A DNA stretch of 63,753 nucleotides. It comes from Candidatus Stercoripulliclostridium sp. (GTDB lineage: Bacteria > Bacillota > Clostridia > Christensenellales > DTU072). The notes beneath the pieces are model-generated. The model was not told the DNA's origin, ran no database searches, and saw only the letters and a program-made list of their open reading frames with translations. Positions within the stretch are counted from its first letter, which is position 1, and the number at the start of each line of letters is the position of its first letter. Made by a program: the position numbers and the translations under genes. Shown here in pieces: positions 1 through 10,444 of the stretch. The stretch covers positions 1-63,753 of the forward strand of contig JAZSLG010000056.1 in the NCBI GenBank assembly GCA_045535235.1, in the 5' to 3' direction.

Positions 1-441
1 TCCAATTAAAGTAGCGTTCAAAATAACGGCGACATCGCTATCTAAATCAGCATCGTTGATGGTTACTTTAATTTCGCTTGCGCCATCAATAACGTGACAA
101 CAAGTAACTACCATGGAGGCATCTTCGCCGGTAACTTTACCATATATAACGCCCGAACCCGCACCAACGTCGGTATTTATTATTACAACTGACGTTTGTA
201 TTGCATTAACGATTTCCGTAAGTGACGTTGCCGTATTTGACGGTGTTCCAATTTGGGTAGTTACGTCGTAATTATTTCCAGAATTATCCGTAGGAATATT
301 TGTGTTAGAATTGTTTGAATTATTATCGCTATCTACTTCGTCAAGTGGTTCAAAAGTAATACAAGCAGTTAAACTAAAAGAACATGCGATAATTATTAAC
401 GCTACTAAGACTATTGAAAAAATCTTATTACGCTCTCTCAT
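1..441 (-). CDS. Trypsin-like serine protease (HtrA/DegP-like, S1C), N-terminal 147 codons; gene continues beyond window start
   Basis: Not in ORF track (no stop in window). My reverse-strand translation from ATG at 441-439 gives MRERNKIFSIVLVALIIIACSFSLTAC... (signal peptide plus lipobox-like LTAC). It continues with GAGSGVIY, TCCHVIDGA (catalytic His context) and DSDVAVI (catalytic Asp context), typical of HtrA-type proteases. Frame is open to nt 1. Confidence 0.6.
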   Translation of the reverse strand, partial: MRERNKIFSIVLVALIIIACSFSLTACITFEPLDEVDSDNNSNNSNTNIPTDNSGNNYDVTTQIGTPSNTATSLTEIVNAIQTSVVIINTDVGAGSGVIYGKVTGEDASMVVTCCHVIDGASEIKVTINDADLDSDVAVILNATLIG

Positions 442-622
442 ACTTACTCCTTAACATATATTATACTTATATAGTATAACTTATTTGTGTAGGTTTTGTG
501 AATATTTTTTTACCGATTAATAAAATTTTATTCCTTTTCTACATTTTAAGTCGTTTTTCTTAAATAAAGTTTAAAATGTTTAGTCCTAACCCTTTTATAA
601 TGAGCTAAACGGAAGGTGAATT

Positions 623-925
623 ATGCTAAATCACGATATTAAGAACGGAACTTTAACTATTACTATGAGTGGTGAAATAGACCACTCTAACGCACCAAAA
701 TTTAGAGTTTGTGCCGATAGCATTATCAATAAGGGAGGGTTTAATAGGTTTGTATTCGACCTGAGTGGTATAACATTCATGGATTCTACTGCAGTAGGTC
801 TATTAATAGGTCGATATAAATTGCTCAAGAAAATGGGCATTCCCGTTTATTTTTATAATCCTTCCAGAGAGGCAGATAAAGTGCTAAAAGTAAGTGGTTT
901 ATATACGATTATAACAAAATTGTAA
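623..925 (+). CDS. spoIIAA: Anti-sigma-F factor antagonist SpoIIAA (STAS domain)
   Basis: 100 aa with a STAS-like sequence (FVFDLSGITFMDSTAVGLLIGRYK; the phosphorylatable Ser is in DST). GGAAGG RBS upstream. First gene of a spoIIAA-spoIIAB-sigF triplet. Confidence 0.85.
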   Translation: MLNHDIKNGTLTITMSGEIDHSNAPKFRVCADSIINKGGFNRFVFDLSGITFMDSTAVGLLIGRYKLLKKMGIPVYFYNPSREADKVLKVSGLYTIITKL

Positions 926-935
926 AGGAGCAAAA

Positions 936-1355
936 ATGGATATATTAAATATAAAAGTTAACGCCGTTAGTGCAAACGAAAGTTTTCTTAGAAGTACCGT
1001 TGGTGCTTATTGCACTAGAAAAAATCCCTCAATAGAGATTATTTCCGATATAAAAACCGCAGTTAGTGAAGCGGTAACTAATGCGATCGTTCACGGTTAT
1101 TCGGGCGACGTCAAAGGAATTATAGACGTATCTGCAAAAATTGAAGAAAACGTATTATATATAAATATTAGCGATTATGGTAAAGGTATTGAAAACGTTG
1201 AACAGGCCTTACAAGATTTCTATACCACTAAAGCCGACGAAGAACGCTCTGGGTTGGGCTTTACAATAATGCAAAGCTTTATGGATACATTAGAAGTATG
1301 TTCTGTCCTAGGAGAAGGTACGTCTGTTAAAATGAGCAAACGTTTGGTGGGATAA
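936..1355 (+). CDS. spoIIAB: Anti-sigma-F factor / serine kinase SpoIIAB (HATPase_c)
   Basis: 139 aa with an N-box-like AVSEAVTNAIVHGY and G-box DYGKGI...GLGFT. Position between spoIIAA and sigF. Confidence 0.85.
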   Translation: MDILNIKVNAVSANESFLRSTVGAYCTRKNPSIEIISDIKTAVSEAVTNAIVHGYSGDVKGIIDVSAKIEENVLYINISDYGKGIENVEQALQDFYTTKADEERSGLGFTIMQSFMDTLEVCSVLGEGTSVKMSKRLVG

Positions 1356-2074
1356 TGTTAAGCACTTGCGAAACACTACAACTGATAAAAGAGGCAAAAG
1401 AGGGTAATGATTCCGCAAAAGAAAAACTAATTAGCGAAAATTTGCCCTTAATTAAATCAATTGTACGCAGATACAAAAATAAAATGGTTGATTACGAAGA
1501 CCTTATTCAACTTGGTACGTTGGGTTTAATTAAAGCTATAAACAATTTTAATACCGAGTTCGGCGTTAAGTTTTCCACTTACGCAGTTCCAATGATAGCT
1601 GGTGAAATAAAAAGATTTATCCGTGACGACGGAGCGATAAAAGTAAGTAGATCAACAAAAGCACAAGCCTTAGAAATTAATAAATACGTTGACGAATATA
1701 GAGTAAAAGAAGGTGAAAGTCCGACAATAGAACATTTAGGAGAAAAATTCAACCTTGAACCCAGTGAATTGGTTTTCATATTGGATTCAACTAGATATCC
1801 CGTTTCTATATATCAAGAAGCCGAAGATGACGGTTTACCTCTTGCTGATAAAATCGCCACTAACGAAAATCCGGAGGACGAACTTGACAAACTAATCTTA
1901 AGAGACATTATTGCAAATCTTCCCGAACGTGATAAAAAAATTATTCTTTTAAGATATTTTAGGGATAAGACCCAAACACAAGTAGCAGAGGAACTGGGTG
2001 TAAGTCAAGTTCAAATATCAAGATTAGAGGCGAAAATATTACAAAAAATGCGAGAAAATCTAAAAGTAGATTAA
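1355..2074 (+). CDS. sigF: Sporulation sigma factor SigF (sigma-70 family, regions 2-4)
   Basis: 239 aa. Region 2 is DLIQLGTLGLIKAINNFN...FSTYAVPMIAGEIKRFIRD. Region 4 HTH is TQTQVAEELGVSQVQISRLE. ATGA overlap with spoIIAB. Confidence 0.85.
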   Translation: MLSTCETLQLIKEAKEGNDSAKEKLISENLPLIKSIVRRYKNKMVDYEDLIQLGTLGLIKAINNFNTEFGVKFSTYAVPMIAGEIKRFIRDDGAIKVSRSTKAQALEINKYVDEYRVKEGESPTIEHLGEKFNLEPSELVFILDSTRYPVSIYQEAEDDGLPLADKIATNENPEDELDKLILRDIIANLPERDKKIILLRYFRDKTQTQVAEELGVSQVQISRLEAKILQKMRENLKVD

Positions 2075-2101
2075 TAAGTATATTATTTGTAAATTTGTTA
2101 A

Positions 2102-2125
2102 AAATCTCCATAAAGGGGATTTTTT
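2102..2125 (+). terminator. Rho-independent terminator after sigF
   Basis: AAATCTCC-ataaa-GGGGATTT hairpin (one G-U pair) followed by a T-run. Confidence 0.5.
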
Positions 2126-2195
2126 ATGCGTAAAGAAGCATTAGAATTAGACGAAACATTTTCTCCAATCGTAGAAAATAGCTTGGAGGATAAAG

Positions 2196-2654
2196 ATGAA
2201 CGAGCCTAACAAAGAATATCTGGACTTGGTTAAAAGTAAAATGCCAAAATCCCAACACCTCAAAACCATGTTTAGAGCATTTTGGGTTGGGGGTTTTATT
2301 TGTTGCATAGGACAAGCTTTTAACGATATATATACCAATTTTTTGGGAGATAAAATGCCCGAAGATGAAATTTCGACTTTAGTAACGTTAACTTTAATAA
2401 CTATTACCGTTATTTTAACAGGACTAGGAATTTACGATAAAGTCGGTTCTTACGCCGGAGCAGGCTCTATTATACCCATTACAGGTTTTGCAAATAGTGT
2501 TGCTAGCCCTGCCATAGAGCATAAAAGAGAAGGGGTTGTATTAGGCCTTTGCGCCAATATGTTTAGCGTTGCAGGCCCGGTAATAGTCTTTGGCATTACC
2601 TCGTCAATTATAGTTGGTATAATCGTTCTTTTATTTAGAGGAGCTTTCGTATAA
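2196..2654 (+). CDS. spoVAC: Stage V sporulation protein AC
   Basis: 152-aa polytopic membrane protein (FWVGGFICCIGQ..., GAGSIIPITGFANS). Followed by spoVAD and spoVAE in the canonical order. Confidence 0.8.
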   Translation: MNEPNKEYLDLVKSKMPKSQHLKTMFRAFWVGGFICCIGQAFNDIYTNFLGDKMPEDEISTLVTLTLITITVILTGLGIYDKVGSYAGAGSIIPITGFANSVASPAIEHKREGVVLGLCANMFSVAGPVIVFGITSSIIVGIIVLLFRGAFV

Positions 2655-3652
2655 TGCAAAATCAAACCATTTTTTTTAAAAACGATATAAAAATTGAAAA
2701 TACCGCTACAATTGTTGGTCCAAAAGAACATGATGGTCCAATGGGAAAATATTTTGATAAATACGTTAAGGATGATTTACTTGGCCAAAAAAGTTATGAA
2801 AAAGCCGAAACTAAACTGCATATTTCGACAATCAAATATCTATTAAATAAATCGGGATACGAAGATAAAGATATCGACCTTTGTCTAATGGGTGACTTGA
2901 TGGATGAAATTAGCGGTTGTAACTTTACTATGCGAGAGTTGGATATTCCGTATATGGGTGTATATAATGCTTGCGCTACCTTTGCAGAAAGTTTGATTAT
3001 AGGTTCTAATTTGTTAGATAGCGGTAATTTTAAGAGAATAATATGTTCTACTTCCAGCCACTTTTCTACAGCGGAAAGACAATATAGATTTCCTTTGGAA
3101 CTAGGCAATCAAAGAACTCCACTTTCTCAATGGACTTGTACCGGCGTTGGAGCAACTCTAATTAATCGTGAAAAAGGTAGCGTTAAAATAGATTGTGCAA
3201 CAATAGGTAGAGTTATAGATTACGGCGTTACCGATGCAAACGATATGGGAGCTGCAATGGCTCCTGCTGCGCGAGAAACCTTGCTAGCTCACTTTGAAGC
3301 TACTTCTCGAGATCCGGACTATTACGATTTAATATTAACCGGAGATTTGGGAGAAGCAGGGCATAGATTACTTGTGTTGCTAATGGAAGAAAAGGGTATA
3401 CGATTAAAAGATAACTATACTGATTGCGGTATATTAATATTTAACCGCATGGGACAAGACGTTGGGCAAGGGGGAAGTGGAGCCGGTTGTTCTAGTTCTG
3501 TTTTTAATAGTTTCGTATACAAAAAATTGATGTGTGGTGAACTAAAACGTGTACTTTTAGTTCCAACAGGTGCGTTAGTATCTAAAACGAGTAACCTTCA
3601 AGGTGAAAGCATACCCGGCATTGCTCACGCAGTTAGTTTTGAAAGGATATAA
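2654..3652 (+). CDS. spoVAD: Stage V sporulation protein AD (thiolase-like fold)
   Basis: 332 aa, soluble, thiolase/KAS-like (YNACATFAESL, GGSGAGCSS). ATGA-type overlap with spoVAC. Confidence 0.8.
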   Translation: MQNQTIFFKNDIKIENTATIVGPKEHDGPMGKYFDKYVKDDLLGQKSYEKAETKLHISTIKYLLNKSGYEDKDIDLCLMGDLMDEISGCNFTMRELDIPYMGVYNACATFAESLIIGSNLLDSGNFKRIICSTSSHFSTAERQYRFPLELGNQRTPLSQWTCTGVGATLINREKGSVKIDCATIGRVIDYGVTDANDMGAAMAPAARETLLAHFEATSRDPDYYDLILTGDLGEAGHRLLVLLMEEKGIRLKDNYTDCGILIFNRMGQDVGQGGSGAGCSSSVFNSFVYKKLMCGELKRVLLVPTGALVSKTSNLQGESIPGIAHAVSFERI

Positions 3653-3658
3653 CTTAGT

Positions 3659-4018
3659 ATGGTAATTGATTATCTAAAGGTTTTTTTAGTTGGCGGTTTG
3701 ATTTGTTTAATAGGACAAGTGCTGATTAATACTACTAAAATGACTTCAGCAAGAATACTAGTAGGATTTTTATTAACCGGCGTTATTTTAGAAACTGTTG
3801 GCGTCTATAAGTACGTTAGAGAATGGGGACAAGCAGGGGCAACCGTACCTATAGTGGGTTTTGGCTCTAATTTAGCAAAAGGAGCTATTGAAGGAACGCT
3901 AGAGAATGGAATTTTAGGTGCAATTACAGGAGGCATCGAATCTGTTGCCGGTGGCATTGCAGGCGTTATTTTCATAAGCTTTATAGTAGGACTAATTGCT
4001 TCATCAAAAACTAAATAG
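3659..4018 (+). CDS. spoVAE: Stage V sporulation protein AE (SpoVAEB type)
   Basis: 119-aa membrane protein paralogous to SpoVAC (GGLICLIGQ, PIVGFGSNLAKGA). Confidence 0.75.
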   Translation: MVIDYLKVFLVGGLICLIGQVLINTTKMTSARILVGFLLTGVILETVGVYKYVREWGQAGATVPIVGFGSNLAKGAIEGTLENGILGAITGGIESVAGGIAGVIFISFIVGLIASSKTK

Positions 4019-4059
4019 CTATATTGACTTTTTAGGTGAGTTAGGATTATAATAATCCT

Positions 4060-5109
4060 ATGGAAAAATTATTTGAAAAACTTGATGCAATAGTAATAGT
4101 ATCACCGTCTAATTTATTTTACTTTACTCACTATTCCAACGACGATGCTGCCGTATTATTAACCAAAGAAAAAAAATATTATATTTGTGATAAGCGCGTT
4201 AGTGAAGAAGCAAGTCAACTTTTACAAGACTTTGAAATTGTAGATATAGGCAAGTCTGGTTATTCCGCGACTGCTAAAGAAATGATTTTAAAAATGGGTT
4301 TTAAAAAGATCGGTTATGAAGACTGGTCTATTTCTCATAAACAGTACAAAATTTTAGAATGTACAGGTCTCTTTAAGAAATATAAACTTTATCCTGTAGA
4401 GCATTTAATTAGTGAACTTCGTTCGGTTAAAACCGATTTTGAGGTAGAACTTATTAAATCCGCACAAAAAGTAACCGATAAGGTATTCTTAGATACGTTA
4501 GAGTATATTAAACCCGGAATGACGGAACTTCAAGTTGCCTCTTTTATGAATTCTAAAACGTATGCATATGGTTGTGAGTTAGCATTTCCACCTATAGTTG
4601 CTTTTGGTAAAAATACATCTAAGCCCCATGCACATCCCGGTGAAAACGTTTTACAAGAAAACGACGTAGTTACGTTGGACTTTGGCGCAAAATACAAAGG
4701 ATATTGTTCCGATATGACACGTTCGTTCGTCGTTGGAACGCCTCCAGAGGGCTACGTTGAATTATACAATGCAGTGCTTGAAGCCCAAGAAAAAGCATTA
4801 GCTAACCTTAAGGCCGGAATCAAAGGTAAAGAGGGGGACGCAATTGCACGTGACGTCCTCATTGATAAAGGATACGGTGAATATTTTACTCACTCACTTG
4901 GTCATAGTCTGGGCATAGACGTACACGAGGGACCCGGTTTGACTCCGAAATGTGAGGAGATTATTCCCATTGGTAGCGTTCTTTCCGTTGAGCCAGGAGC
5001 TTATATAGAGGGAAAATACGGTGTAAGAATAGAAGATATAGTACTTTTCCAAAAAAGTAGGGTGGATAACTTGACAAATTCAAATAAAAATTTAATAATA
5101 ATAAAGTAA
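4060..5109 (+). CDS. Xaa-Pro aminopeptidase / M24B family metallopeptidase
   Basis: 349 aa with M24 metal-ligand contexts [35 protein letters not shown] and RIEDIV. Usual position upstream of efp. Confidence 0.8.
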   Translation: MEKLFEKLDAIVIVSPSNLFYFTHYSNDDAAVLLTKEKKYYICDKRVSEEASQLLQDFEIVDIGKSGYSATAKEMILKMGFKKIGYEDWSISHKQYKILECTGLFKKYKLYPVEHLISELRSVKTDFEVELIKSAQKVTDKVFLDTLEYIKPGMTELQVASFMNSKTYAYGCELAFPPIVAFGKNTSKPHAHPGENVLQENDVVTLDFGAKYKGYCSDMTRSFVVGTPPEGYVELYNAVLEAQEKALANLKAGIKGKEGDAIARDVLIDKGYGEYFTHSLGHSLGIDVHEGPGLTPKCEEIIPIGSVLSVEPGAYIEGKYGVRIEDIVLFQKSRVDNLTNSNKNLIIIK

Positions 5110-5131
5110 TACAACGGAGGTATATTTACTT

Positions 5132-5701
5132 ATGGCAAATAAACTAGCAGGCGATTTAAGAAAAGGCGATACTTTTGAAATGGACAACACCGTTCAAGTA
5201 GTTGTTGATTTCCAACACGTTAAACCCGGTAAGGGAGCAGCATTCGTGCGCGTAAAGATGCGTAACGTTATGACTGGTAGCGTTCTTGAAAAGACCTTTA
5301 ACCCCAGCGAAAAGTTTGATTTAGCATATATCGAGCGCAAAAAAATGAGCTATAGCTATTTTGATGGCGACGATTTATATTACTTTATGGATAACGAAAC
5401 TTACGATATGATTCCTATGAACGGCGTACTAGTAGCAGACGCTCTTCACTTTATCAAAGAAGGTTCTATCGTTGACGTTGCTTTCTACAAAGATTCTCCC
5501 TTTAGCGTTGAACCCGAAAACTTTGTAGTTCTCCAAGTTACTGAATGTGAACCCGCTATCCCCGGTGCAACTGCTCAACCCGGATCCAAGCAAGCAACTC
5601 TTGAAACCGGCTACGTAATCCAAGTTCCTTTGTTTATAGAAGAAGGTGAAATGATTAGAGTTGATACTCGTACCGGAGAATATATGTCACGCGCTAACTA
5701 A
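5132..5701 (+). CDS. efp: Translation elongation factor P
   Basis: 189 aa with [19 protein letters not shown] (the conserved loop). GGAGG RBS. Confidence 0.9.
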   Translation: MANKLAGDLRKGDTFEMDNTVQVVVDFQHVKPGKGAAFVRVKMRNVMTGSVLEKTFNPSEKFDLAYIERKKMSYSYFDGDDLYYFMDNETYDMIPMNGVLVADALHFIKEGSIVDVAFYKDSPFSVEPENFVVLQVTECEPAIPGATAQPGSKQATLETGYVIQVPLFIEEGEMIRVDTRTGEYMSRAN

Positions 5702-5719
5702 TAATTAGAAAATAAATAG

Positions 5720-5748
5720 GACGGAAGTTTTTACTTCCGTCTTTTTTT
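5720..5748 (+). terminator. Rho-independent terminator after efp
   Basis: GACGGAAGT-tttt-ACTTCCGTC perfect 9-bp stem followed by T7. Confidence 0.75.
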
Positions 5749-6591
5749 ATGCATTTTAGCATATTATTTCCCATGCTAACCAAACTTATCCCATTACATA
5801 TACTTGAAATAATAAAAAAAAGCGTTTCACTTTCGACAATTACCGAATTACGCTTAAGAAAGGGAAGAAAAACGGTAATTAAGACCGCTAATCGTGTTTA
5901 TATTTTAGATTATAAACCAAACGATGAAGATTTTACCTACGTTATTAAAATAGCGACTCGAAACTCTCTTTACTCATATCAAGATGAAATTAGAAACGGT
6001 TATATACCTTATCACGGTATTAGGATTGGATTATCCGGAAGAGGGGTTACGGATAAGGATAGATTAATAACTATTAAGGATTTTACTTCTCTTACGATAA
6101 GAATTCCACGCGAAATAATAGGTGTTAGCTCGCCTTTAACTAATCTTATAAATAATTTTGAAAATACTCTCGTAATATCTCCTCCGTATGGCGGAAAAAC
6201 AACTTTAATTAGAGATATTGCTAGAGTTTTAAGTAATAATTACGAGACTTTAATTATAGATGAAAGGGAAGAAATTTATAACGATAAATATACGTTTGGC
6301 GAAAAATTAGACGTTTTCCTTAATACACCTAAACATTTAATCGTTGAAGGCGTAATACGCTCTCTTTCGCCGGAAATAATTGTACTCGACGAATTATTTG
6401 CTAAAACCGATTTGGAGGTTTTAAGAGAGATTACACGTTGCGGTATAAAGATACTTGCAAGTCTTCACGGTGAAAATTTTAATTTATTAAATGCTCATTA
6501 TCCAAATATATTCGGCTACTTTACTAACGTGATTGAATTGAGTAATAAACCAAGAGTTGGTTCAATAAAATCAATAGTAAGGTTAAAATGA
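5749..6591 (+). CDS. spoIIIAA: Stage III sporulation protein AA (AAA+/secretion-type ATPase)
   Basis: Walker A PPYGGKTTLIRD and Walker B-like IIVLDE. First of eight co-oriented, overlapping spoIIIA-sized genes. Start is uncertain because the listed ATG abuts the efp terminator T-run; an alternative ATG is at 5773. Confidence 0.75.
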   Translation: MHFSILFPMLTKLIPLHILEIIKKSVSLSTITELRLRKGRKTVIKTANRVYILDYKPNDEDFTYVIKIATRNSLYSYQDEIRNGYIPYHGIRIGLSGRGVTDKDRLITIKDFTSLTIRIPREIIGVSSPLTNLINNFENTLVISPPYGGKTTLIRDIARVLSNNYETLIIDEREEIYNDKYTFGEKLDVFLNTPKHLIVEGVIRSLSPEIIVLDELFAKTDLEVLREITRCGIKILASLHGENFNLLNAHYPNIFGYFTNVIELSNKPRVGSIKSIVRLK

Positions 6592-7049
6592 TAAAAATCG
6601 TTCTGGCTATCGTTATCGTAGTTCTATTAGGATACATCGGTTACGGTATTGAAAAATACTATAAAACAAGACTTAAAATATTGTTTGATTATAAGAATTT
6701 TATTGATTTCGTAAGGCGTGAAACAGATTTTTTTAAGTCAAACGTTGAGGAATTAATCGAAAAATACGATTATAGTACCGAATATCTCAAAGCCTTGTTA
6801 ACTCGTGTTATCAACAACGAAAACTATGATCGTAAATTTCTATCAAAAGAGGAAAGTATAAAAATACAAAGCTTCGTTACTGAGTTATCAAAAGCCGACT
6901 ATTACTTTAAAAACGTTGTAATAAAGAATGCGGAGGAATTAGTAAATCAAATGATAAACCTTGCAGAAAAAGAAAAAATTCAAAAGGGGGAATTGGGTCG
7001 AAAGCTCATAATATTATTGGGAATCGGCTTAATTATATTAATTATATGA
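6588..7049 (+). CDS. spoIIIAB: Stage III sporulation protein AB
   Basis: 153 aa with N- and C-terminal TM segments. Second position in the operon, 4-nt overlaps on both sides. Confidence 0.6.
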   Translation: MIKIVLAIVIVVLLGYIGYGIEKYYKTRLKILFDYKNFIDFVRRETDFFKSNVEELIEKYDYSTEYLKALLTRVINNENYDRKFLSKEESIKIQSFVTELSKADYYFKNVVIKNAEELVNQMINLAEKEKIQKGELGRKLIILLGIGLIILII

Positions 7050-7246
7050 CGGGAATTGAAACAATACTTAAAATTGCAGGAGTTGGTATTCTTGCTACCG
7101 TTATCAATAGTATTTTAGAAAAAAGCGATAAGCGTGAGCTTGCAACTTTCGTTACTTTAACGGCGCTTGTGGTAGTGCTTATTATGGTTATTAGCTTAGT
7201 AAGCGAATTACTCGGCACCGTTCAGAACTTATTCGGTTTATTTTAA
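7046..7246 (+). CDS. spoIIIAC: Stage III sporulation protein AC
   Basis: 66-aa two-TM protein of the correct size and position. Confidence 0.7.
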   Translation: MTGIETILKIAGVGILATVINSILEKSDKRELATFVTLTALVVVLIMVISLVSELLGTVQNLFGLF

Positions 7247-7632
7247 TGACAATAATTAAAGTTATAGGTCTAGCTGTCCTCGGCATGGTTTGCGCCGGTT
7301 TATTAAAAGAAATAAAACCTTCTTTTGCTGTTTTTGTAGGAGTTATAACCGGTTTAGTAATACTTTTTAGTTTAATACCGGAATTAAAACAACTTATAAA
7401 TGAATTTAAGAAGATTGCAGATCTTGCAAATGTAGATACATCTTTAATTATAACCATAATTAAAATTATTGGTATAGGTTATCTTGCAGAATTTACGGCT
7501 TCTCTTGCAGACGACTATGGAGTAAGTACTATAGGAAAAAAAGTACTACTTGCAGGAAAAATATTGATTATGGTTTTAGCAATTCCAATTATTTCAAACG
7601 TTATTTTATCAATAGGAAGTATACTTACATGA
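7246..7632 (+). CDS. spoIIIAD: Stage III sporulation protein AD
   Basis: 128-aa polytopic membrane protein, paralogue-like to AC, at the correct position. Confidence 0.7.
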   Translation: MTIIKVIGLAVLGMVCAGLLKEIKPSFAVFVGVITGLVILFSLIPELKQLINEFKKIADLANVDTSLIITIIKIIGIGYLAEFTASLADDYGVSTIGKKVLLAGKILIMVLAIPIISNVILSIGSILT

Positions 7633-8807
7633 AAAAATTAATTCTTCTATTTTTGATTTTAATAGTAGTTTTTTTTAGTTTTTCTATATCCAAAACAACA
7701 AAAATTGCACTCGCGGATAATGAAGTAAAAGAAGAACTGGAAAAAGAAATAGAAGAAAACGTTAACTCTTTAATTGGAGATGATTTGAACCAATATTTTA
7801 GCAATATTGAGAAAAATTTTGGCGTTAATTTGAAAGATTTTATCAAAGGAATTATCAATGGAGAAATTGATATTAATGCTGAAAATATAATAGAAAATCT
7901 ATTAAATTCCCTAAAAAACGGATTAAAAAACTCTCTTTTATCTCTAATTAGTATTATAGTACTAACAATTTTATCTTCACTGTCCAAAAGTTTAACTTCG
8001 GGTTTCAAAAAAGAGGGGGTGGATACTTTAATTCACTATTCAATTTATGGCGCTATAATTTGCACACTTACTGTTATAGTGATCGATCTTGTTAAAGGGG
8101 TATCGGAAACGCTACGTAACGTAAACGATTTGATAGACGTAGTATTTCCTATTATTTTAACTATGTTAACTGCACTTGGTGGTGTTAACGGAGGTTCATT
8201 TTTACAATCGTTAACTTTGCTTCTATCAAATATCGTAATAAAATTAATACTAAATTTAATAATTCCGATATTTTACGCAACGTTAGTATTTACTTTCGTA
8301 GGGAACCTTAGCGAAACCGTAAAACTGGAAAAATTTAATAAGTCCTTAAAATCGATTGCAAACTGGATACTTGGAATAGTCTTTTCCTTAGTTACTTCAT
8401 TCGTAGCTGTACAAGGTCTCGTAGGAGCCAGTATAGATACGATAAGCATTAAAACTACTAAGTTTGCACTGTCGTCATACGTGCCGATTTTAGGTGGTTA
8501 TCTTTCCGAAGGATTTGATATTGTTATGGCTAGTTGTGTTCTAATCAAAAATGCCTTAGGATTATCGACTTTTTTATTACTAATAGGAGTTCTGGTTGCG
8601 CCTTTAGTCAAAGTGCTTCTCGTTTCACTTTCCTTAAAATTAATTTCGGCCTTCGTAGAGCCTATAGGCGAAAGTAAAGTAGCAAACCTCCTTTACGATA
8701 CTTCAAGTTGCTTAAGTTTACTTATATCTTCAATTGGTGGGGTCGCTTTTTTAATATTTATAATTCTTTCTCTAGTAATCAGCTCGTTTAATGGAGGAAT
8801 AGTATGA
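7629..8807 (+). CDS. spoIIIAE: Stage III sporulation protein AE
   Basis: 392 aa with a signal peptide plus multiple TM helices. Size and order match SpoIIIAE. Confidence 0.7.
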   Translation: MKKLILLFLILIVVFFSFSISKTTKIALADNEVKEELEKEIEENVNSLIGDDLNQYFSNIEKNFGVNLKDFIKGIINGEIDINAENIIENLLNSLKNGLKNSLLSLISIIVLTILSSLSKSLTSGFKKEGVDTLIHYSIYGAIICTLTVIVIDLVKGVSETLRNVNDLIDVVFPIILTMLTALGGVNGGSFLQSLTLLLSNIVIKLILNLIIPIFYATLVFTFVGNLSETVKLEKFNKSLKSIANWILGIVFSLVTSFVAVQGLVGASIDTISIKTTKFALSSYVPILGGYLSEGFDIVMASCVLIKNALGLSTFLLLIGVLVAPLVKVLLVSLSLKLISAFVEPIGESKVANLLYDTSSCLSLLISSIGGVAFLIFIILSLVISSFNGGIV

Positions 8808-9304
8808 GTAGCGCTTTTTCTACTTACGTTATGAGTATTGTAGGATGCATTTGTTTAACAATATTAATTGATTTATTACTCCAAGACGGCGAAACTAAAA
8901 AATACGTCAAAGGTATTAGCTCACTAATCATTTTTAGCGTTATCCTAGCCCCTTTACCTCAATTTATATCAAGTAGCGAGGTTTTGTCAAATGAATACTC
9001 TATAGATAAAAATGATATGATAACCTATCAAAATCAGGATTTTTTATACCAGATAAAACAAAAAGAATGTGAGAAAAATATAATTACAGCAAAAGAATTA
9101 TTGAAAAAAGATGGAGTATTTGGAGTTGATATAGAAGTTGTTTTAAGTTATGGAACAGAGATAAATATACTTAAAATTATTGCAGATAAGAAAAATGCTG
9201 TAATAACTAAAAACGAGGAGAATATAGATATTGTAGAGGTAATAAAAAGTTGCATATCAAGTTGTTTTTTTGTAGAAGAAAACTTAATTGAGGTAATAAA
9301 CTGA
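8804..9304 (+). CDS. spoIIIAF: Stage III sporulation protein AF
   Basis: 166 aa with two N-terminal TM segments and a soluble C-terminal domain, at the expected operon position. Confidence 0.6.
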   Translation: MSSAFSTYVMSIVGCICLTILIDLLLQDGETKKYVKGISSLIIFSVILAPLPQFISSSEVLSNEYSIDKNDMITYQNQDFLYQIKQKECEKNIITAKELLKKDGVFGVDIEVVLSYGTEINILKIIADKKNAVITKNEENIDIVEVIKSCISSCFFVEENLIEVIN

Positions 9305-9831
9305 TGGGAAAATTAAAAGATTTATGGCAAAAAGTTAAATCGATAAAAAATTACGAAATTATTTTATCTTTAATCATAATTGCAATAGTTCTACTAATAT
9401 ACTTTAGTGTAAGCGAAAATGGAAAGATTGAACAAAAGAATGTTGAAAAAACTTCTATTTCACTTACCGACGGGTTAGAAGAAAGGGTAGGTAACATTCT
9501 AAATAAAATCGACGGTGTTGGTGACGTAGACGTTCTTATTACGTTTAACTCTACCGTAGAACAAGTAACTGCGCAAACCGAGAATTCACATTCTACTACA
9601 ACCTCATCGGATAGTAATTCTACGACAACGTCTACATCCACTAGTTCACCAATAATTAGTAACCAAAATGTAATTGTGTTGCAAGAGAAAATGCCACAAA
9701 TTATTGGAGTTATAGTAGTTGCCGAAGGAGCAGATAACCCAAAAGTAAGAATGAATATATTAAGTGCTGTATCGACGGCACTGGATATAGATAAAAATTC
9801 AATACAAATTTTCACAAGGAGCGAACTATGA
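9304..9831 (+). CDS. spoIIIAG: Stage III sporulation protein AG
   Basis: 175 aa with an N-terminal TM, a Ser/Thr-rich linker and a C-terminal ring-building-like motif (IIGVIVVAEGADNPKVR). Confidence 0.65.
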   Translation: MGKLKDLWQKVKSIKNYEIILSLIIIAIVLLIYFSVSENGKIEQKNVEKTSISLTDGLEERVGNILNKIDGVGDVDVLITFNSTVEQVTAQTENSHSTTTSSDSNSTTTSTSTSSPIISNQNVIVLQEKMPQIIGVIVVAEGADNPKVRMNILSAVSTALDIDKNSIQIFTRSEL

Positions 9832-10349
9832 AACAAAACAGCAAACTTTACAAACTTGGTCAATCACTAAAAGCAAACAGAAAGAAAATAATCGTTGTTT
9901 GCACAATGGTTGCCTTATTAATCGGCACCGGTTGTCTTAATTATTTTCTAAACGTTAAGACAAGTGGAGATGGTAGCAGTGACGTTAACTCCACTCCGGA
10001 ACAAAGTTTCTTTGAAACTTATCGTATAGATAGAGAATCAACTAGAAACCAAGAAATTGCATATCTTGACGAAATAATTGCTTCCGCATCTTCTACCGAA
10101 ACTGCTATAGTTGATGCCGAGAGCCAAAAATTAAATATTACCTCTTCCATGGAAACCGAACTTGTGTTAGAAGGTTTAATTAAAGCAAAAGGCTTTGAAG
10201 ATTGTGTTGTAACCATGTCGACGGAAAACGTTAATATTGTTGTAATGGACGAAGATTTAACGCTTGAAGAGGCGGCTCAAATTCTTAATATTGTTGAAAC
10301 GGAAACCTCTTTTACCGCACCTGACGTTGTGATTATTCCTTACGTATAA
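9828..10349 (+). CDS. spoIIIAH: Stage III sporulation protein AH
   Basis: 173 aa with an N-terminal TM and a soluble domain. Last gene of the operon, followed by a terminator. Confidence 0.6.
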   Translation: MKQNSKLYKLGQSLKANRKKIIVVCTMVALLIGTGCLNYFLNVKTSGDGSSDVNSTPEQSFFETYRIDRESTRNQEIAYLDEIIASASSTETAIVDAESQKLNITSSMETELVLEGLIKAKGFEDCVVTMSTENVNIVVMDEDLTLEEAAQILNIVETETSFTAPDVVIIPYV

Positions 10350-10355
10350 TTGATT

Positions 10356-10383
10356 GAGCCGAATTAATCGGCTCTTTCTATTT
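10356..10383 (+). terminator. Rho-independent terminator after the spoIIIA operon
   Basis: GAGCCGA-attaa-TCGGCTC stem followed by TTTCTATTT. Confidence 0.6.
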
Positions 10384-10409
10384 GCGCACACGTAATTTAA
10401 TTTTATTTC

Positions 10410-10438
10410 TTGCAAATAATATATTAATGTGATATTAT
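10410..10438 (+). promoter_or_regulatory. Candidate sigma-A promoter for the asp23-nusB-xseAB operon
   Basis: TTGCAA-17 nt-TATTAT. The -10 element ends 6 nt before the ATG at 10445 and there is no Shine-Dalgarno sequence in between. Confidence 0.45.
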
Positions 10439-10444
10439 ACACGT

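Noticed and set aside
2126-2209. 27-codon ORF (MRKEALELDETFSPIVENSLEDKDERA) upstream of spoVAC
   Set aside because: It starts inside the sigF terminator T-run, has no RBS, and overlaps the spoVAC start out of frame. It is probably chance.
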